DNA from: Alphaproteobacteria bacterium
Lineage (GTDB): Bacteria; Pseudomonadota; Alphaproteobacteria; Micavibrionales; Micavibrionaceae
Direction: 5' to 3'
DNA: 49,993 bases
Assembly (NCBI GenBank): GCA_039808845.1
Contig: JBDHTS010000001.1
Span: 1 to 49,993, forward strand
Below the pieces are notes generated by a model, which was given only the letters and a program-made list of their open reading frames with translations, was not told the DNA's origin and made no database searches. This document shows, one piece after another, positions 9,577 through 18,186 of the stretch. How positions within the stretch are numbered: the stretch's first letter is position 1; the number at the start of each line of letters is the position of its first letter. The translations under genes and the position numbers were made by a program.

Positions 9577-9927
9577 ATGAATTACGTAATCAGCAGGGTT
9601 TTGAAGTGGCTGTTCAGCATGACGCTGATCATGATCGGCATCCGTTTCCTGATGATGGCGAGTGACAACAACGACGTGCGGCCCATCATCATCTGCATTT
9701 TCAGTTTTGGCGCGGTCTACGTCATGTACCGGACGCGGTCCGAGGTGCCGAAGATGATCGGGCTGCTGACGGCCATCGTTTTCGTCGGGGCGATGCTGGC
9801 GGCGCGGTATCTTTACATCGACCTGCCGGTGTTCAATTACGGTTTTTATTTCGCCTGGTGGGCCTGGATCATGGCGCTGGGGCTTCCCGTCATGCTGCTG
9901 GGGTTCAGCCGGTTCGGCGGCGGGTAA
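9577..9927 (+). CDS. Small integral membrane protein (about 4 predicted TM helices)
   Basis: I prefer the ATG at 9577 (MNYVIS...), preceded by gaggga. The sequence is strongly hydrophobic. Confidence 0.6.
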   Translation: MNYVISRVLKWLFSMTLIMIGIRFLMMASDNNDVRPIIICIFSFGAVYVMYRTRSEVPKMIGLLTAIVFVGAMLAARYLYIDLPVFNYGFYFAWWAWIMALGLPVMLLGFSRFGGG

Positions 9928-9940
9928 TGTTTGCATGCAA

Positions 9941-10047
9941 GCCCCTCCCTGAGGGAGGGGTTGGGGAGGGCGCGCACTCCGGGGCCTTTTAAGTTATATA
10001 CGGTTCGTGAACCCCCACCCCGGCCCTCCTCCTGAGGGGGAGGGGGT
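9941..10047 (-). repeat. REP-like ~105-nt palindromic intergenic element, copy 1 (inverted relative to copies 2 and 3)
   Basis: gcccctccctgagggaggggttggggaggg...acccccaccccggccctcctcctgagggggaggggg. Its reverse complement aligns with 19526-19629 and 35718-35825. Confidence 0.8.
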
Positions 10048-10053
10048 ATTGTA

Positions 10054-12195
10054 TTACGGGGTGACGGTGCGCAGATAGGCGACTAGGGCGCTTTGCGCTT
10101 CGTTGATCTTCTGCTGGGTTTCTTTCATCTCTGCATTGAGCTGGTCCAGACGGTCTTCCTGGGCATTCAGCTGTTTCAGATAACGCTTGCCGAGATCGTT
10201 TCCAGGTGAGACGGTCTGCAGGTTCTGACGCAGACGCTCCTGATCCATCACGATCTGCTGCTGTTCGGTCTGCAGCTGTTCCATGCGGACTTGCGCGTCG
10301 TAAACCACGGCGCGGAGGCTGCGGATTTTTTCCAGCGCCTTGCGGAGGTCGGCAGGGATGTCCTTTCCGGCGGCGGCGAGGCGGGCATCAAGATCGCCGG
10401 GAGAAATGGCGTTCAGGGCGATCACTTCCACGTCATCACGGCGCAGGGTCAGCTTGACGGTTTTCGCCTGACCTGCGGGGACGGCGACGCGGACGCGGTA
10501 ATGAGTCTGGGTTTTTTCGGGTTCGGAATCCGTGCCTTCCGGTTTCTGCAGCTCCCACCCTTCACGGCGGGGCAGTTCGAGGACGACGGTGCGGTCTTCA
10601 TCATCCGGCGCCTTGATCGTATAAGTGGTTGTGTTCAGCGTCAGGATTTTCTGGTTCAGCATGCCGCCCGCGATGGTGATGACGCCCAGCCGGCGGTCCT
10701 CCTGCTCCTGCCTGTCGATCTTCGTTTTCGAGTCGAGGGCGAAGCTGATGAAACGGGTCTCGCCCTTCGGCACCATCGGCATTTCCGCGTCGCCGACATG
10801 CAGAAGACCGCCCGCCGTTCCATCGAACAATGTCAGGATACCGGGCGGCAGGCCGCTGCCGGTTTCATTGGCAAGCGATACGGCGGCCAGCGGATGCTCT
10901 CCATTGGTTTCAGGCTGATAAACGTAAAGCTTTTCGGCGGCCAGTTCCTGGCTGATAAAAGGAAGCATCAAGGTGTTTCCGGCAGTCAGGGTAACCGGCT
11001 GCGCGAAAGTGAAGACAAGCTGGCTGGCGGTTTCCTCAGCCGCCGCCGCAGTCACGGTCGCCATGCCGGCACCGCCATAGGCCTCCGGTGGCGGCACTTC
11101 GGCGGCAACCGCGACATCGCCTGCATAGTCCGCACTGGCCATTGCCGGAGCGGCTGCAGCCCGTTCTTCCATCATCATGGCTTTTTGCCGGGCAGGAGCC
11201 ATGTTGTTCAGTACGGCGCCCATTTTTTGCGGCATGGCGCCGTCTGTGCCTTCAGCCTTCTTATCTTCAGCGAATGTCCCTGTATCCACGCGCGGAAGGA
11301 TGCGGTTCATCACCTTGACGGGCAGTTCGGGCCGGGGGACGTAATAGCTTTGATACAGCGCCTGCTGATAGGTGACGGGTGAACCTGACATCAGCGTTAC
11401 GCTGACATCCTTCCAGTCCTGGCCTGTCGTGTTCTCAAGCACCGCCCAGCCCTGCAGTCTTGCCTTGCCGCCGTCCGGGCCCGGAAGGACGAGGCGATAA
11501 CTGCTTTTCCACAACGGCGCTTCCTGGATATAGGCGAGGCCGACGGGACGTTCGCCTTCGCCGACCAGGCTGATGGCCAGAGAGCGCTGGTCCTTGATGC
11601 GGTTGGAGAACATCGCGCCGAGAGCGCGGTCAAGCTGGGCCTGGACGGTCTTGTCCGTGAACTGCAGCCGGTCGAGCGATTCCAGAAGCGCCGTCCGGAT
11701 GCCGTCCGGCGTCAGGATGCTGACGCGGTGGCGGGTAATCGTGCCATGTTCAGTCTGTTCAGTCTCAGCAGTGACACTCATCAGCTTGCCCGCAATAACG
11801 CCCTTGCCTGTATTGACGACAACATCCGCACCCTGCAGAGCGTTGAGCAGGCTGACGGGGGACGACAGATCCTGCTGGGAAAAAGGGAGATCGCGGAAAG
11901 CCTGGGACAATGGTTCCCGTCCCGGCAGCGAGATGCCGCCAAGCTTGCCTTGCCCATCCGTCACGACGAGGCTTTTTAAAATGTCGTCGACGCGATCAAG
12001 GCGGACGGGCAAATCGATGGTCTGGTTGCCCGTGACCGTTCCCTGATGTTCATACAATGCGAGGCCGCTGGTGGTGATGACAACGCGCTTCAGGGGAAGT
12101 TCGGCGGCTTGCGCCGTGATAGAGAGCAAAAGTATTATGCATGACAGGACGGCGGCAAGGCGCGGCATACGGCATCTCCTTTTGATCCGCATCAT
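10054..12195 (-). CDS. Secreted DUF4139-like protein (mucoidy-inhibitor MuiA-like family) with C-terminal coiled coil
   Basis: 713 aa with a signal peptide (MPRLAAVLSCIILLLSITAQA; alternative start 12168). The N-terminal segment VVITTSGLALYEHQGTV...VDDILKSLVV and the central part look like DUF4140/DUF4139 from memory. The start overlaps the mprF stop (ATGA). Confidence 0.7.
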   Translation of the reverse strand: MMRIKRRCRMPRLAAVLSCIILLLSITAQAAELPLKRVVITTSGLALYEHQGTVTGNQTIDLPVRLDRVDDILKSLVVTDGQGKLGGISLPGREPLSQAFRDLPFSQQDLSSPVSLLNALQGADVVVNTGKGVIAGKLMSVTAETEQTEHGTITRHRVSILTPDGIRTALLESLDRLQFTDKTVQAQLDRALGAMFSNRIKDQRSLAISLVGEGERPVGLAYIQEAPLWKSSYRLVLPGPDGGKARLQGWAVLENTTGQDWKDVSVTLMSGSPVTYQQALYQSYYVPRPELPVKVMNRILPRVDTGTFAEDKKAEGTDGAMPQKMGAVLNNMAPARQKAMMMEERAAAAPAMASADYAGDVAVAAEVPPPEAYGGAGMATVTAAAAEETASQLVFTFAQPVTLTAGNTLMLPFISQELAAEKLYVYQPETNGEHPLAAVSLANETGSGLPPGILTLFDGTAGGLLHVGDAEMPMVPKGETRFISFALDSKTKIDRQEQEDRRLGVITIAGGMLNQKILTLNTTTYTIKAPDDEDRTVVLELPRREGWELQKPEGTDSEPEKTQTHYRVRVAVPAGQAKTVKLTLRRDDVEVIALNAISPGDLDARLAAAGKDIPADLRKALEKIRSLRAVVYDAQVRMEQLQTEQQQIVMDQERLRQNLQTVSPGNDLGKRYLKQLNAQEDRLDQLNAEMKETQQKINEAQSALVAYLRTVTP

Positions 12196-14786
12196 GATAG
12201 ATCATCCGTCACAGCGGTGGAATCTCTTTTGTTGTCTTTCTTGAAGACGCCCTGCAGGCCTCCGGAAATCACCGAAGCGATATTCATCAGCACCATCGGG
12301 ATACGGAGGCCAGATGGCGCGGCCAGATAGCGCGGATGCCATTCGGGATCGAACTTGGCTTTATAGGCGTGCAGGCCTTCGAAATTATAAAACTCTTCTC
12401 CATGTTCGAAGATAACGTTGCCGATCTTGTGCCAGAGCGGGGCGAGCGGATGCTTTTCAAGACCGGAAAGCGGCGCCATGCCCAGGCTGAACCATGCATA
12501 GCCCTCGGCCTGCCCCCATAAGATCAGCTCGACGAACAGGAATTCCATCATGTTCGGCGGCGCCTCAGGCGCATAGCGCATCAGGTCAATGGCAAGACCG
12601 GCGCGGTTGTCCAGATCCCAGAAGTTAGCGAAGGCCAAGACCGCGCCTTCATGCTCCACCACCGCGATGCGTGTGCGGTGGAGATAGGATTCATCGAAAA
12701 AGCCCAGCGAGAAACGCTTCTCCCGAATGTTCTTCTGCGCCAGCCATGCGTCGGAAATTTCCCGCAGCCGGGGCAGGCGGGATTCAAGCTCCTGCGGATC
12801 GAGGAAACGCATGGTGTAACCCTGCTTGAGGAATCTGTTGCGGCCCTTGCGCTGGTTCTCGCGCTTGCCCCCGACAAGGGAGAAGGAAGCCAGCGGCACG
12901 CGCGCTTCCTCCCCGATCTTGACCATGACCATGCCGAGATCGAGATACAGGGGCAGATGACGGTCGGAAACCTGGTAGAACACGGCCTGCGCGCCGTGCC
13001 GATCGGCGGTTTCCCGGAACTTCCAGGCAAGAGTGTCGAATGTTTCCGGATTGCCGACGGGGTCGCCCATGGCGATCCAGTAAGCCGGGGTCATCGCGTA
13101 CATGATGAAGGACGACCCGTCGTCGCTCCAGATCAGGTTCTTGTCGCCCAGCAGGACCAGGAAGCCGTCCGTCGTATTCATGCCGCGCGCGATGGAACGG
13201 GCACGGTCAAGCTCTTCCGGCGTTGGCGGCAGAATGCCGCGGCGCTTCATGCCGGACATAAACCGGTACAGGCCGTAGCCCGCCACGACGGCGAAGGTCA
13301 GCAGAAGCGCGCGGAGGAAGCGGGGGGCGTCGCCTTTGTAGGAAAACTGCCACCAAAGGCTGTTGGCGTATTCGACATGATGATAGGCGAAGAATCCGAC
13401 CCAGCAGCTGACGATCAGGACGGAGGCGATCATCGCGGCCCATCCGCGGTTCATCGGTATGGTCAAAATCGATCCATGGCCATCGAAGTGCCGCTTTGAC
13501 GGAAGCAGGATGAGGATCATGAACAGAAGGATGATGTCCTCCTTCCAGTCGAGATCGCGCAAAAGCGCGGCAGCGGCGCCGATGGTCAGGACCGTCAGAC
13601 TCGCCGCCCAGGCGGGACGGATGCGCAGGCGGACGGCGCGGGCCATCAGCAGCAGCACAACCCCGGCCAGGCTGGCGGTCAGGTGCGCGAATTCGATCCC
13701 GATGAGAGGGAGATAACGGCCAAGAATCTCGATATGCTCTGGCCGCGCGGGCGTAACGCCGGAGATGAGAAGCAGGGCGCCGCAGAAGAACAGCAGGATA
13801 GAAAAGATGGCCGGAAGGCTTTGATCGAGGGCGGAAGACAGAAGCGGGCTGCCGCGCACCAGCCGTTCGCCATGATGGCGCAGTTCATAAAAGAACATGC
13901 CCAGGGCCGCCAGCGCCAGGGGCAGGAAATAGTAGACGATGCGGTACATGACGAGGGCGCTGAGGATGTCGGCGGAAGAGAATTCCGGGCCGGCCAGCCA
14001 GATGAACGCGCCCTCGAAGACGCCCAATCCGCCCGGCACCTGGCTGATGAGGCCGGCGAGCAGGGCGAGGACATAGATCGCCAGGAACCCTGCAAAGGGC
14101 ATCGGGGAATCGACGCTCAGAAAGATATAGAGAATGACGGCGGACAGGATCATTTCCGCCACGCCGATGCCGGTCTGCATCAGGGCGATGGAGGGTGTCG
14201 GCATCCGGAATTCATAGCTTTTGATACGGAGCGGCCCGCGCATCAGCAGGACAGCGGACCAGTAGATGCCCAGGCCGGCGGCGCTCAGCAGCGTCGCGCC
14301 ATGGACGAGCGTCGGGGCGTTCTGGCCCTGCTTCATCGCATCGGGCATGAAAAGGCTTAAACCCGCCTCCAGGGTAAATGCGGCGATGACGAAAGTGAGC
14401 GCCGAGAAAACGGCGATCTTCAGGATGTCCCAGCCCGGAACGCCCGCGGCGTTATAAAAGCGGTAGCGCACGGACGTCCCGGTGACCAGAGCGTGGCCGG
14501 TATTGTTGCTGATGGCGTAGCCGATCAGCGAGGCGATCAGGATGCGGCGGTACGGCACCTTGTGGCCCGCATATTTGACGCCCAGCCAGTCATACCCCGA
14601 CAACATGGTATAATTGAGGACGGTCAGAACGCAGGCGATGAGGACAAGGCCGGGCGGCATGTCGCGCATGCTATCGACAATCTCGCGCAGAGGATGGGCC
14701 GTGACCTGCCTGTGCACGATCCAGGCGGCGACAAGGAACAGGACGTAGGGAAGAACAAGACCGATCCGGTGAAGGAATTTCAGCAT
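12192..14786 (-). CDS. mprF: Bifunctional lysyl-phosphatidylglycerol flippase/synthase MprF (LpiA-like)
   Basis: 864 aa. A long polytopic N-terminal part (LSGYDWLGVKYAGHKVPYRRILIASLIGYAISNNTGHALVTGTSVRYRFY) is followed by a C-terminal DUF2156-type aminoacyl-PG synthase domain (FSLGFFDE...FANFW...NMMEFLFVELILWG...YNFEGLHAYKAKFDP). Confidence 0.9.
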   Translation of the reverse strand: MLKFLHRIGLVLPYVLFLVAAWIVHRQVTAHPLREIVDSMRDMPPGLVLIACVLTVLNYTMLSGYDWLGVKYAGHKVPYRRILIASLIGYAISNNTGHALVTGTSVRYRFYNAAGVPGWDILKIAVFSALTFVIAAFTLEAGLSLFMPDAMKQGQNAPTLVHGATLLSAAGLGIYWSAVLLMRGPLRIKSYEFRMPTPSIALMQTGIGVAEMILSAVILYIFLSVDSPMPFAGFLAIYVLALLAGLISQVPGGLGVFEGAFIWLAGPEFSSADILSALVMYRIVYYFLPLALAALGMFFYELRHHGERLVRGSPLLSSALDQSLPAIFSILLFFCGALLLISGVTPARPEHIEILGRYLPLIGIEFAHLTASLAGVVLLLMARAVRLRIRPAWAASLTVLTIGAAAALLRDLDWKEDIILLFMILILLPSKRHFDGHGSILTIPMNRGWAAMIASVLIVSCWVGFFAYHHVEYANSLWWQFSYKGDAPRFLRALLLTFAVVAGYGLYRFMSGMKRRGILPPTPEELDRARSIARGMNTTDGFLVLLGDKNLIWSDDGSSFIMYAMTPAYWIAMGDPVGNPETFDTLAWKFRETADRHGAQAVFYQVSDRHLPLYLDLGMVMVKIGEEARVPLASFSLVGGKRENQRKGRNRFLKQGYTMRFLDPQELESRLPRLREISDAWLAQKNIREKRFSLGFFDESYLHRTRIAVVEHEGAVLAFANFWDLDNRAGLAIDLMRYAPEAPPNMMEFLFVELILWGQAEGYAWFSLGMAPLSGLEKHPLAPLWHKIGNVIFEHGEEFYNFEGLHAYKAKFDPEWHPRYLAAPSGLRIPMVLMNIASVISGGLQGVFKKDNKRDSTAVTDDLS

Positions 14787-14795
14787 GGATAAACT

Positions 14796-15827
14796 CTAGG
14801 CCGGCCAGTCCAGAACGACTTTTCCGCACTGGCCGGACAACATGATGTCGAAACCTTCCTGGAAACGGTCGACCGGAAGGCGGTGGGTGATGACCGGGCG
14901 GATGTCGAGGCCGCTCTGAACCATCGCCGTCATTTTATACCATGTCTCGAACATTTCGCGACCGTAAATTCCCTTCAGCACCAGGCCCTTGAAGATAACC
15001 TGATTCCAGTCTATGGCCATGGGGCCCGGCGGAATGCCCAGCAGCGCGATCCTGCCGCCGTGGTTCATGGCGGCCAGCATATCCCTGAATGCGCTTTCGA
15101 CGCCGGACATTTCGAGGCCGACGTCGAATCCTTCCTTCATGCCGAGTTCGTGCATCACATCGGGCAGTTTCTGCTTCGCAACATTGACGACGCGCGTCGC
15201 GCCCATCTTCCTTGCCAGATCGAGGCGATATTCGTTCATATCGGTGACGACGACGTTGCGGGCGCCAGCATGCCTGCAGATGGCGGCGGCCATCACCCCG
15301 ATCGGTCCGGCGCCCGTAATCAGAACGTCCTCGCCGACCAGGTCGAAGGACAGAGCGGTGTGGACGGCGTTACCATACGGATCAAAAATGGCGGCAAGAT
15401 CGTCGTCGACATCGTCGGGAATGGGAAAGACGTTGACGGCGGGCAGGGACAGATATTCGGCAAAACTGCCCTGACGGTTGACGCCAACACCCAGCGTGTT
15501 CCGGCACAAATGCCGTTTTCCCGCGCGGCAGTTCCGGCAGTAACCACAGACGATATGACCCTCGCCCGACACTCTTTGACCCTTTTTCAGGTGTGTCACC
15601 TCCGAGCCAACACCCTCAATCACGCCGAAATATTCATGGCCGGTGATCATGGGGACGGGGATTGTTTTTTTCGCCCAGTCATCCCATTTATAGATGTGGA
15701 CGTCAGTGCCGCAGATCGCGCTTTTGCGGATTTTGATCAGAACGTCGTTCGGACCGATTTCCGGAGCCGGAGCATCGTCGATCATCCAGATTCCAGGTTC
15801 TGATTTGAGTTTGGCGAGGGCTTTCAT
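14796..15827 (-). CDS. tdh: L-threonine 3-dehydrogenase
   Basis: 343 aa zinc-dependent alcohol-dehydrogenase fold: [42 protein letters not shown]. Confidence 0.95.
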   Translation of the reverse strand: MKALAKLKSEPGIWMIDDAPAPEIGPNDVLIKIRKSAICGTDVHIYKWDDWAKKTIPVPMITGHEYFGVIEGVGSEVTHLKKGQRVSGEGHIVCGYCRNCRAGKRHLCRNTLGVGVNRQGSFAEYLSLPAVNVFPIPDDVDDDLAAIFDPYGNAVHTALSFDLVGEDVLITGAGPIGVMAAAICRHAGARNVVVTDMNEYRLDLARKMGATRVVNVAKQKLPDVMHELGMKEGFDVGLEMSGVESAFRDMLAAMNHGGRIALLGIPPGPMAIDWNQVIFKGLVLKGIYGREMFETWYKMTAMVQSGLDIRPVITHRLPVDRFQEGFDIMLSGQCGKVVLDWPA

Positions 15828-16001
15828 GGGGGTCCCTGGGGGTTATAACGCGGAGACCCGGAGGCCCGGAGAATAGAATTTACTCCGGGTCTCCGCGTAA
15901 AAATGCGATCCTCATATTACACCTTCAGTTCGTTTCACGATGAAATTTTTTCGATATGGCATCCTTTTGGTTTTCAACGGTTTTTCTTTCAGTTCGTTTG
16001 G

Positions 16002-16250
16002 TTAACGAAGAATATCGTGGTTGGTGAAAAGGTCCACGGCCAGAAGGCGGAATTCCCGGCTCGCTTTTAAAAGACGTTTCGTCTTTTTCACTTCGGCACG
16101 GCGCAGCCCATGCCTGACGGCGTTTTTGCTGGAGCGTTTCTTTCCGGCTTTCGTCTTCGGACCAGTGGATTTGAGCCAGGGTTTCAGGGCCCGGATGCGT
16201 TCAGCCTGGGCGGCGCGGCGTTCTTCTGTCCATGTCGTGCTCATCGGCAC
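16002..16250 (-). CDS. Small basic hypothetical protein (82 aa)
   Basis: The ORF reads MPMSTTWTEERRAAQAERIRALKPWLKSTGPKTKAGKKRSSKNAVRHG.... It resembles a small conserved hypothetical family I recall from alphaproteobacteria. It lies in the low-GC insert between kbl and tdh. Confidence 0.5.
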   Translation of the reverse strand: MPMSTTWTEERRAAQAERIRALKPWLKSTGPKTKAGKKRSSKNAVRHGLRRAEVKKTKRLLKASREFRLLAVDLFTNHDILR

Positions 16251-16317
16251 CTCCTGCCGTTATTGTAGGAATAAAGTCATATTTGTCAAGAGTTTTAGTG
16301 CTTTTGTGCTTTAAGTT

Positions 16318-16365
16318 TTGGAAATCAGCCGGGAACGAATTATAATTACTGAGCAATATTATTGC
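16318..16365 (+). promoter_or_regulatory. Candidate sigma-70 promoter and palindromic operator upstream of hicB
   Basis: TTGGAA (16318-16323), a 17-nt spacer, then TATAAT (16341-16346). The palindrome gcaat-att-attgc (16353-16365) lies about 20 nt before the hicB ATG. Confidence 0.35.
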
Positions 16366-16385
16366 GCTTTAAACCGGGATAAATC

Positions 16386-16631
16386 ATGCAGAAAAAGATC
16401 GTTTACAGAGTGATGGCGGACTGGGACAGCGAAACGCGCCGCTGGACCGTTACAAGCGACGACATACCGGGGCTGGTGCTTGAAACGAACACAGTCGAGG
16501 AGATCGTCGATTGTCTGCAGGAATTCGCTCCCGAATTGATCGAGCAAAACTGCGACTCGGATGGGCTGGATATTCCGATCGTCCTTCAGGCCAATTATGC
16601 GACAAGGCTTTTAAAATCAGGCCATGCCTGA
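16386..16631 (+). CDS. hicB: HicB-family antitoxin (DUF1902 type)
   Basis: 81 aa: VYRVMADWDSETRRWTVTSDDIPGLVLETNTVEEIVDCLQEFAPELIEQN matches the DUF1902/HicB N-terminal pattern. It overlaps hicA by 8 nt. Confidence 0.75.
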   Translation: MQKKIVYRVMADWDSETRRWTVTSDDIPGLVLETNTVEEIVDCLQEFAPELIEQNCDSDGLDIPIVLQANYATRLLKSGHA

Positions 16632-16824
16632 TGGCCTCCTTTTACAAGGACATTTCCATCTGCTTAAAAACAATAGCTGGATTTTTCACCGGAGCGGAAA
16701 AGGTTCGCATGAAATATGGTTTCATGCAGAAAAGGGTATGAAAATCACAGTGCCTTTCGATTGCGCAAAGAGACATACCGCCAATGCGATCATGAAACAG
16801 GCCGGGATTGAGAAGAAGTTTTAA
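16624..16824 (+). CDS. hicA: HicA-family mRNA interferase toxin
   Basis: 66 aa: LLKNNSWIFHRSGKGSHEIWFH...ITVPFDCAKRHTANAIMKQAGI matches the YcfA/HicA pattern (GSH ... hVP ... G-t-l--IlKQAGl). Confidence 0.75.
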   Translation: MPDGLLLQGHFHLLKNNSWIFHRSGKGSHEIWFHAEKGMKITVPFDCAKRHTANAIMKQAGIEKKF

Positions 16825-16882
16825 AATAGCCCGGTTTTTTAGATAGATTTTGAACTGCCCAACAATCGTACCGGATCTCCGC

Positions 16883-18070
16883 CTACGCGGGGATGATGTC
16901 CCTAACTGTTTTGAAAGCGTTGATGGCTTTATCCAGATGCGCCCTCTCATGCGCCGCCGACATTTGCGTGCGGATGCGGGCCTTGTTTTCAGGGACGACG
17001 GGGTAGGAGAAGCCGACGACGTAGATTCCCTGTTTCAGCATCTTGTCGGCGAAGCGGGCGGCTTTCGCGGCGTCGTAGATCATGACCGGGATGATAGGGT
17101 GTTCGCCGGGCAGGAGGTCGAAACCGGCTTCCGTCATCTTTTCACGGAAATAGAGGCCGTTCTCTTTTACTTTGCGGCGCAGGGCCGCGCCGGTATCGGT
17201 GGCCAGCAGGTCCAGCGTGGCGATAGCCGTGGCGGTGATGACCGGGGCGAGGGTGTTTGAAAACAGGTAGGGGCGCGAGCGCTGGCGCAGCCATTCGATC
17301 ACCGCGGCGTTGCCGGAGGCGTAGCCGCCGGACGCGCCGCCGAGGGCCTTGCCGAGCGTGCCGGTGACGATGTGCACGCGGTTCCGCACGCCGAAATGTT
17401 CCGGCGTGCCCGCGCCGGTCTCGCCGATGAAGCCGACGGCGTGGCTGTCGTCCACCATCACCATCGCGTCGTATCGTTCGGCCAGATCGCAGATGGCAGG
17501 GAGGTTCGCGAAGCTGCCGTCCATCGAGAACACGCCGTCCGTCGCGATCAGGCGAAAGCGCGCGTCCGCCGATTCCTTGAGACAGCATTCCAGATGGTTC
17601 ATATCGTTGTTGGCGTAGCGGAAGCGGCGGGCTTTGCACAGACGAATGCCGTCGATAATGCTGGCGTGGTTGAGGGCGTCGGAAATCACCGCGTCCTGCT
17701 CCCCCAGCAATGTCTCGAACAGGCCGCCATTGGCGTCGAAGCAGGAAGAATAGAGGATCGTGTCTTCCAGACCCAGAAAGGCGCTGATGCGGCTTTCAAG
17801 GGTTTTGTGTATATCCTGCGTGCCGCAGATGAAGCGGACGGAGGCCATGCCGAAACCGTGGCTGTCCAGCGCGGCCTTCGCGGCGGCGATCAGTTCGGGA
17901 CGGTCGGCCAAGCCCAGATAATTGTTGGCGCAGAGATTGATGACATTTTCGCCTGATTTTACAGTGATTTCAGCGTCTTGAGGCGAGGTAATAATGCGTT
18001 CGGGCTTGTATAGTCCGGCCTGGCGGACGGTCTTCAGTTCCTGGCGAAGGTAATCGGTCAGCGTCGTCAT
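16883..18070 (-). CDS. kbl: Glycine C-acetyltransferase (2-amino-3-ketobutyrate CoA ligase)
   Basis: 395 aa: [52 protein letters not shown], and a [17 protein letters not shown]-lysine region. Confidence 0.95.
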   Translation of the reverse strand: MTTLTDYLRQELKTVRQAGLYKPERIITSPQDAEITVKSGENVINLCANNYLGLADRPELIAAAKAALDSHGFGMASVRFICGTQDIHKTLESRISAFLGLEDTILYSSCFDANGGLFETLLGEQDAVISDALNHASIIDGIRLCKARRFRYANNDMNHLECCLKESADARFRLIATDGVFSMDGSFANLPAICDLAERYDAMVMVDDSHAVGFIGETGAGTPEHFGVRNRVHIVTGTLGKALGGASGGYASGNAAVIEWLRQRSRPYLFSNTLAPVITATAIATLDLLATDTGAALRRKVKENGLYFREKMTEAGFDLLPGEHPIIPVMIYDAAKAARFADKMLKQGIYVVGFSYPVVPENKARIRTQMSAAHERAHLDKAINAFKTVRDIIPA

Positions 18071-18186
18071 GGCGGGCTCCCTGAAAGCGGCGTCAGGATA
18101 GCATGGCCGTCCAAAGCCTGAAAATACTTGATGTTTTCCTCGATTCTCCTATAGGGTGCGGGCATGAATATTCGCGCAGACATTCC

